Shown here in pieces: positions 7,803 through 13,173 of a DNA stretch of 13,173 nucleotides (positions within the stretch are counted from its first letter, which is position 1; every line of letters begins with the position of its first letter). The stretch comes from an uncultured bacterium (GTDB lineage Bacteria; Hydrogenedentota; Hydrogenedentia; Hydrogenedentales; JAEUWI01), in contig CAXBPH010000200.1 of NCBI GenBank assembly GCA_963977445.1, positions 1-13,173 of the forward strand, given 5' to 3'. The notes beneath the pieces were generated by a model. That model was not told where the DNA came from. It did no database searches and saw only the letters and a list, made by a program, of their open reading frames with translations. Made by a program: the position numbers and the translations under genes.

Positions 7803-9545
7803 ATGGACCCATCAACTGGGAATGCAGTCACGCGCGGGGCCTTCGCGCGTTTTTTCGTATCCACCGACCACAAGGTCGTCGCCATTCAATATGTGGTGAC
7901 GGCCCTCGTGATGTTGTTCGTGGGTTTCTTGTTCATGCTGCTCATGCGCTGGCAGCTTGCCTATCCCTATCAATCATTGCCCTTCATCGGCGGCTGGTTT
8001 GCCGATGACAACCCCGTTATGCCCGGCGGGGTGATTACGGCGGGCTTTTACAACCAGCTTGGGGCCATGCACGGCACCATCATGATTTTCCTCGCCGTGG
8101 TGCCGCTGGTCGCTGGTGGTTTTGGCACCTATCTGGTCCCCCTGATGATCGGCGCAAAGGGCCTTGCCTTTCCCCGTCTCAGTAAGCTCGGCTACTGGTG
8201 CTACCTGGGCGGTGCCTTCATTCTCCTCGGCAGCTTTTTTCTTCCCGGTGGCGCGGCCAATTCCGGCTGGACGGCCTATCCGCCCCTATCGGTCATCGAA
8301 AACGCAGGCCAGACCACCTGGCTCATTGGCGTGTCCTTCGTCTATTTTTCTTCCCTGTTGTTGAGCATTAATATCCTCACGACTATTGTTCAATTGCGCA
8401 CCGAAGGGCTCAGCTTCATGCGGCTGCCCTTTTTCGTGTGGAGTCAGCTCGTTACAAGTTTATTGCTCCTGTTGGCGTTCCCTCCCCTGGCGGCTGCTGC
8501 GGTTATGCAGTTGATGGACCGGGTAGGCGGCACCAGTTTTTTCCTTCCCAGTGGCCTGGTGATCAGTGGGGAAGCCCTTGATGTGAGTGGGGGAGGCAGC
8601 GCCCTTTTGTGGCAGCACCTGTTCTGGTTCCTGGGCCATCCCGAGGTCTATGTGTTGTTGTTGCCCGCCTTCGGAATCGTTGCCGAGGTGATTGTCGTCA
8701 ATACACGCAAACCTCTTTTCGGCTATAAGGGCATGGTTTACGCCACACTGTTTCTGGGGCTTATGTCCATGCTTGTCTGGGCGCACCATATGCTCCTTAC
8801 CGGCATGGGCACGGCCATGAGTGAATTCTTTCAGATCACGACCATCATCATCTCCCTGCCCTCCGTCATTGTGGCCTCTTCTCTGGTGGTCTCGCTGTGG
8901 GGCGGCTCCATACGCTTTACGGTGCCCATGCTCTACGCCCTGGCCTTCCTGCCCATGTTTGCCATCGGTGGTCTCACCGGCCTCCCCCTGGCGATGTCGG
9001 CGACCAACATCATGCTTCACGACACCTACTACGTGATTGGGCACTTTCACTATATCGTCGCGCCGGGAACCCTCTTTGCCGTCTTCGCGGGCATCTACCA
9101 TTGGTACCCCAAGGTGACCGGCAGAAGAATGAACGACGTGCTCGGCCATCTTCATTTCTGGCCGACCCTGATTTGTATGAACGGTATTTTCTCCCACCTG
9201 ATTCTTCAGGGCTTTGCCGGTGTATCCCGTCGTCTCTATGATGGGGGTGAAACCTACGCCCACGGTGCGGAAGTATTTGGACTCAACTCCGGGGCGACCT
9301 GGGCCGCATTTGGCCTGCTGGTGGTCCAGATTTTCTTCATCATCAACTTTTTTTACAGCATGAAATGGGGTCGAAAAGTGGACAGCAATCCCTGGAAGGC
9401 GACCTCACTGGAATGGGCTGCGCCGTCACCGCCCTTGCCGGGAATTAATTTCGAATCGCCTCCAATCGCCTATCGCGATTCCATGACCTATAGCGAAGTG
9501 GGTGCCGATAAAGATTACACCCCACAATGGGAGGCGAACTCATGA
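7803..9545 (+). CDS. ctaD: Heme-copper oxidase subunit I, A-family-like (CoxN-like), with atypical proton-channel residues
   Basis: STDHK, MHG (H90), GWTAYPP, WFLGHPEVY (H279, E281, Y283), WAHH (H328, H329), HDTYYVIGHFH (H414, H416), GVSRR. CoxN-like GTSFFLP...GGGSALLWQHLFW insert and NPWKATSLEW tail. Confidence 0.96.
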   Translation: MDPSTGNAVTRGAFARFFVSTDHKVVAIQYVVTALVMLFVGFLFMLLMRWQLAYPYQSLPFIGGWFADDNPVMPGGVITAGFYNQLGAMHGTIMIFLAVVPLVAGGFGTYLVPLMIGAKGLAFPRLSKLGYWCYLGGAFILLGSFFLPGGAANSGWTAYPPLSVIENAGQTTWLIGVSFVYFSSLLLSINILTTIVQLRTEGLSFMRLPFFVWSQLVTSLLLLLAFPPLAAAAVMQLMDRVGGTSFFLPSGLVISGEALDVSGGGSALLWQHLFWFLGHPEVYVLLLPAFGIVAEVIVVNTRKPLFGYKGMVYATLFLGLMSMLVWAHHMLLTGMGTAMSEFFQITTIIISLPSVIVASSLVVSLWGGSIRFTVPMLYALAFLPMFAIGGLTGLPLAMSATNIMLHDTYYVIGHFHYIVAPGTLFAVFAGIYHWYPKVTGRRMNDVLGHLHFWPTLICMNGIFSHLILQGFAGVSRRLYDGGETYAHGAEVFGLNSGATWAAFGLLVVQIFFIINFFYSMKWGRKVDSNPWKATSLEWAAPSPPLPGINFESPPIAYRDSMTYSEVGADKDYTPQWEANS

Positions 9546-10132
9546 GCATGCCTTTCACGACAGAACAGCGGCCGGATACGGGACTCTACAACGCCAAGTT
9601 GGGCATGTGGTTTTTCCTGGCGGCGGAAGCCATGTTTTTCGGCGCCCTGTTTTCCAGTTATGCCTTCCTGAGGACCGCGGCCGAAGCGTGGCCTGCGGGC
9701 TCGGAAATACTGCCCGTTGGCGTGGCCCTGCTCACGAGCGTGTCCATGATCCTCGCAGCGGTGTTCAGTGCGAAGGGGTGGAGCGATTTGCGGCGGGAAG
9801 ATCGGGGTCGCCATGCCGCATGGATGTGGGGTGCCATTATCGCAGGCATCGTGGCGGTTGTCTGCATTGCCATCGGCCATAGTCTGGAAGCCCGGGAAGG
9901 CATGCACGCCGCTACCAACACCTTCTACGCCTGCTGGTATCTTATCACCGGAGTGCAACAAGCCCATGTTGTCGCCGCCATTGCGTACACGCTTTTTCTT
10001 GGTCTGCCGGGAACTACCCTTCGCAAAACAGATCCCCAGCGTTATCGCAATCGCGTTGAATGCCTGGGACTTTTCTGGCAGTTTCTGGCACTTATGTGGA
10101 TCGCAACCTTCGCGTGCTTCTACGTGTTCTAG
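9542..10132 (+). CDS. ctaE: Cytochrome c oxidase subunit III (short, about 5-TM form), divergent
   Basis: LGMWFFLAAEAMFFGALFSSY with the conserved Glu, NTFYACWYLITG, and VECLGLFWQFLALMWI. ATG 9542 overlaps the subunit I stop (ATGA) with GGAGG upstream, so it is preferred over 9527. Confidence 0.88.
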   Translation: MSMPFTTEQRPDTGLYNAKLGMWFFLAAEAMFFGALFSSYAFLRTAAEAWPAGSEILPVGVALLTSVSMILAAVFSAKGWSDLRREDRGRHAAWMWGAIIAGIVAVVCIAIGHSLEAREGMHAATNTFYACWYLITGVQQAHVVAAIAYTLFLGLPGTTLRKTDPQRYRNRVECLGLFWQFLALMWIATFACFYVF

Positions 10133-10144
10133 GAGTCAACGACT

Positions 10145-10351
10145 ATGTCCCTGAAAGCCTTTCACATACTCATCATTTTCGTGTCCATCGTCGCATGCTG
10201 CGCCTATGGCATGTGGGGCGTGATTACCTTCATGCGTGAAGGTTCGGTGCTCTCCCTGCTTTCGGGAAGCGCATTGCTCGCCGGTGGTCTGGCCTTGCTT
10301 ATGCACGGTGTTATTTTCTACAAACATGCGGAGGAGGACCCATGGCTTTAA
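10145..10351 (+). CDS. Small two-helix membrane protein in the oxidase operon (68 aa)
   Basis: AGGAG RBS at 10131-10135, two hydrophobic segments, tight packing between ctaE and the next ORF. Confidence 0.75.
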   Translation: MSLKAFHILIIFVSIVACCAYGMWGVITFMREGSVLSLLSGSALLAGGLALLMHGVIFYKHAEEDPWL

Positions 10352-10611
10352 AGATTTTCACAACGGCGGTGCTGTTCCTCATGGCCGAAGGTGCTTTCGC
10401 TTGCGCCACCTGTTCCGGTACGGCCGACGCGCCTCAGACCCACGGCATGAATGCGGGGATACTCACCCTCTTTGGCGTGTTGTGCCTCGTGGGGCTGGTC
10501 TTCGCCACCTTCGTGGGAAGTATCGCCTGGCGCATTGCCCGATACAGCAACGCAACACAACAACACGACGACACCCCGGTAGTGCCGGTCATGACAACCC
10601 TGGAGTTCTGA
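10342..10611 (+). CDS. Small exported CxxC protein with one TM helix (89 aa)
   Basis: GGAGGAGG RBS, signal peptide ending AFA, then CATC, GMNAGIL and a hydrophobic helix. Overlaps the upstream ORF and ends 4 nt before subunit II. Confidence 0.78.
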   Translation: MALKIFTTAVLFLMAEGAFACATCSGTADAPQTHGMNAGILTLFGVLCLVGLVFATFVGSIAWRIARYSNATQQHDDTPVVPVMTTLEF

Positions 10612-10615
10612 CGTC

Positions 10616-11440
10616 ATGTCCTTTTATCCCTTTAGCTATTTTCCCGAACTTGCCTCGGAACACGGTGCCACCATTGATCGCCTTATGATCATCGTCTGCG
10701 TGTTCATGACCCTGATCTTTCTGGGGTGGCTGGCCTTCTTCATCTATACCCTCTTGCGCTTCCGGGGTGGAAAAAATCCCAGTGCACAGCCGGAAGGTAT
10801 CCGGGGTCGCTGGGTCTACGGCCTGGCCGTCGGCATCCTGGTGGTAGAGCTCTATATCCACTTTGGACTCGGTGGTGGCGTTGGGGCGTCCCAATTGAGC
10901 GAAATCAACCCCACCGAAGAAACGGTGCAGGTGCGCATCGTGGCCCAGCAGTTTGCCTGGAATATTCACTATCCTGGTGCCGATGGCATTTTCGGCGTCA
11001 CGGCCCCAGAGTTTTTCAATGATCAGAGCAATCCCGTAGGCATTGATCCCGACGACGAACATGGGAAAGACGACATTGTCACCTTCAAACAGCTCTTTCT
11101 GCCGGTCAACAAAGCCGTGCGCATTGAGCTAAGCTCTAAGGACGTAATCCACAGCTTCTTCTTGCCCGAATTCCGCATCAAGCAGGACGTCATTCCCGGC
11201 ATGGAAATTCCCGTGACCTTTGTGCCCACCATGACCACCGACGAGTTCCGGGAAATCAAAGGGGACGAAGCACGAGACTTCGAAATTGCCTGCGCCCAGC
11301 TCTGCGGTGTCACCCACTACACCATGAAGGGTATGGTACGAATTCTCGACCAGGAAGGCTTTGATGCCTGGCTGGTAGAAAAGGCCCCCAAAGAAGGTGC
11401 AGGAGAGGGAGACGATTTCTGGGCGGACGATTCGCTGTAG
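10616..11440 (+). CDS. ctaC: Cytochrome c oxidase subunit II (CuA, CoxM-like, no fused heme c)
   Basis: PELASEHGATID, two TM helices, QQFAWNIHYPGADGIFG, SKDVIHSF (H179), KQDVIPG, CAQLCGVTHYTM (C226, Q228, C230, H234, M237). GGAG RBS. Confidence 0.95.
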   Translation: MSFYPFSYFPELASEHGATIDRLMIIVCVFMTLIFLGWLAFFIYTLLRFRGGKNPSAQPEGIRGRWVYGLAVGILVVELYIHFGLGGGVGASQLSEINPTEETVQVRIVAQQFAWNIHYPGADGIFGVTAPEFFNDQSNPVGIDPDDEHGKDDIVTFKQLFLPVNKAVRIELSSKDVIHSFFLPEFRIKQDVIPGMEIPVTFVPTMTTDEFREIKGDEARDFEIACAQLCGVTHYTMKGMVRILDQEGFDAWLVEKAPKEGAGEGDDFWADDSL

Positions 11441-11447
11441 CAGAAAA

Positions 11448-11511
11448 ACTAGGGATCGATGGGTATTGCGCTCCGATTTAAGGCAGCAATGGTTCCACCG
11501 ATCCCGATAGT
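11448..11511. terminator. Long imperfect hairpin between convergent genes, possible bidirectional terminator
   Basis: Nested pairings ACTA/TAGT, GGGATCG (11452-11458)/CGATCCC (11499-11505), TGG/CCA, ATTGC (11465-11469)/GCAAT (11486-11490). An A-run before it gives a U-tract on the minus strand. Confidence 0.5.
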
Positions 11512-11526
11512 CTCAGGATTAGACCC

Positions 11527-13173
11527 TTACTTTACGGGCAACCATTGAGCGGCATCCCCAATCACGTAGCCGCCGGCATCGGCCGTGCTAATCAGGTCGA
11601 CGTATCCGCTGTTGCCCCCGTCAAATTCGTAGATTCCCAGCGACACAAAGGGTGCCAGCTCGCCCGCCTTTTTTCGCTGATTGATCCGATGTTCCGTTGC
11701 GCCGTCCTTGTGGTGGACCACATAGAGGGCATTCGTCGCCCGGTTGCTGTGGGGGGAATAGGATACCCGCACTTCGTAGCGCCCGGCTTCAGGTAAGGTG
11801 ACGCGATAGCGTATATAGGTCGCCGGGTCGCCCACCTGACTGTCGTGGACGTAGCCGTATCCCACGTAGGGCTGCATATCGCCCGACTCCCGCCAATTGC
11901 CAACAAGTTCCGCTGTTTCGGTGTCCATCACGATACCCGAAAGTTTGCGAAGGGCAATGAAGTCCGCAATGGTGTCTTCGATATGGAGGATGGCATGTTG
12001 CGCCTTCAACGTGTCTTGGAGCGACGTGATATCGATAGCCTGCACCGATGTATTTCCCCGGATAGCCATGGAAGCGGCCACACCCGCCGCCTGGCCAATT
12101 ATCATATACTGGGGTTCCATGCGCATGCTGGAATAGGCCACGTGTGAGGCGGAGAAGGTGCAGCCCACCAGGAGGTTGGTGCATTCCGATGGCTGGGGCA
12201 CAAAGGACCGATAGGACATGTCGTAGGGGCGCACACCGACCTGCATATCACCCTCATTGATTACCGAAGGTATGCCGGCCTCCCAGAGTGGGGACGCCGT
12301 CACGGCGAAGCGCTGCACGTTGTGGGAATCGGAATTGTAGGAGCCCATGCCGATGCTGTCTTCCTTGAAACGCTCGATCTGTAAATCTTTCTGCGTCGTG
12401 ACAAAGCTGCCAACCATCCGGCGCGCTTCCCGCACATAGAGCTGGTGCGGCCAGTTATCGGTATCGACAAATTCGTCTTTCGCCAGCCCCCAGCTCCGGG
12501 CCTCGTTGCGTAAGGCGTCCGGGATGCCGGGGTCATTGGCGAGGAAGTAAAAAAAGCCCTTTACATAGCGCTCATGTTCTTCCCAGATACGATCCTGCTC
12601 ATCGTAAGTGGCATCGGGATAATTCCAGCTACCCCCAATGAAATCCGTGGAAATGGGACCGTTATTGTTGGTGTCCGTCTTGCCCTTGGGCAGGCGAAAG
12701 GGGTGGCACAGTTGCTCGAAGGTGAGGTCGGGTTTCGCGGCGATATAGCGTCGAAGCAGCTCCCATGCAGCGGGATCATAGCCGTCGGGCTTGGGCCAGG
12801 GGACCATATTATCGCTGTCCTGGGTCATGCAAAGGCGGAAGTTGTAGCCTTGCACTTTTTTATCGGCATCGCCGGTCTGCTTGTCGTCTCGCTCCTGAAC
12901 CAGGGGGAGAAGGGAACCTGTTTCGTCGTAAGGATTCACGGGTACGGAAAATTGGTGTTTTGCACTGTATTCGATGTGGCCTGCCAGGGATTCACCGTAT
13001 TTGGATTGTCCTTCACGGCCCCAGGTATAGGAAATCTTGGCCAGTGGCAGGAAGTCCCCTTCATAGGAGCAGTCGATGAATACCGATGCCGTAAAGGTAC
13101 TTTCGTTCAGCAGGGTGATGGATTGGATGGATGTCCCGTCTTTTTTTACCGAAGCGAGTCGGCTGCCGAAATA
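11527..13173 (-). CDS. FAD-dependent oxidoreductase (FAD_oxidored / xanthan-lyase-associated type) with C-terminal golvesin/CBM-like domain; 5' end outside window
   Basis: Frame is open to the window edge, upstream of the listed 12939 start: FIDCSYEGD, GREGQSKYGESLAG. Then QGYNFRLC, KTDTNN, LYVREARRMVG, SYNSDSH, SASHVAYSSMRMEP, GQAAGVAA. Tail GRYEVRVSYSPHSNRATNA...GYVIGDAAQW. Confidence 0.92.
   Translation of the reverse strand, partial: YFGSRLASVKKDGTSIQSITLLNESTFTASVFIDCSYEGDFLPLAKISYTWGREGQSKYGESLAGHIEYSAKHQFSVPVNPYDETGSLLPLVQERDDKQTGDADKKVQGYNFRLCMTQDSDNMVPWPKPDGYDPAAWELLRRYIAAKPDLTFEQLCHPFRLPKGKTDTNNNGPISTDFIGGSWNYPDATYDEQDRIWEEHERYVKGFFYFLANDPGIPDALRNEARSWGLAKDEFVDTDNWPHQLYVREARRMVGSFVTTQKDLQIERFKEDSIGMGSYNSDSHNVQRFAVTASPLWEAGIPSVINEGDMQVGVRPYDMSYRSFVPQPSECTNLLVGCTFSASHVAYSSMRMEPQYMIIGQAAGVAASMAIRGNTSVQAIDITSLQDTLKAQHAILHIEDTIADFIALRKLSGIVMDTETAELVGNWRESGDMQPYVGYGYVHDSQVGDPATYIRYRVTLPEAGRYEVRVSYSPHSNRATNALYVVHHKDGATEHRINQRKKAGELAPFVSLGIYEFDGGNSGYVDLISTADAGGYVIGDAAQWLPVK

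Noticed and set aside
8460..9263. 267-aa minus-strand ORF
   Set aside because: Antisense shadow of subunit I.
7803..9545. Calling subunit I a nitric oxide reductase or a cbb3 oxidase
   Set aside because: Helix VI HPEVY retains the cross-link Tyr and the overall motifs are A-family; partners are CuA subunit II and subunit III, not CcoO/CcoP or NorC.
7803..11440. Oxidase cluster as pseudogenes
   Set aside because: No stops or frameshifts, and all metal ligands, RBSs and translational coupling are intact. Early relaxed selection cannot be excluded without homologues.
1..13173. CRISPR array, tRNA, rRNA or transposase
   Set aside because: No regularly spaced repeats, cloverleaf, rRNA-like segment or transposase motifs seen.

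Overview
Bacterial, GC-rich window. The gene types suggest a PVC- or Hydrogenedentota-like lineage (inference only). Left: the 3' end of a copA multicopper oxidase, copB, a collapsed Gfo/Idh/MocA oxidoreductase pseudogene and about 0.5 kb of orphan DNA. Middle (minus strand): a Tat-exported amidohydrolase and a 1006-aa PVC-type beta-propeller/HEAT/cytochrome c protein. Divergent from these is a six-gene respiratory cluster: a secreted blue-copper (amicyanin-loop) protein, heme-copper oxidase subunit I, subunit III, a 68-aa membrane protein, an 89-aa CxxC protein and CuA subunit II placed last. Right: the 3' part of a convergent FAD-dependent oxidoreductase with a C-terminal CBM-like domain. 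Best candidate for something new: the oxidase is A-family in sequence and keeps all metal ligands, the cross-link Tyr and the GHPEVY Glu. However, by manual alignment it lacks the entrance residues of the D-channel and the Lys of the K-channel, with parallel losses in subunits II and III. All alignments were done by eye against recalled reference motifs; no searches were run.
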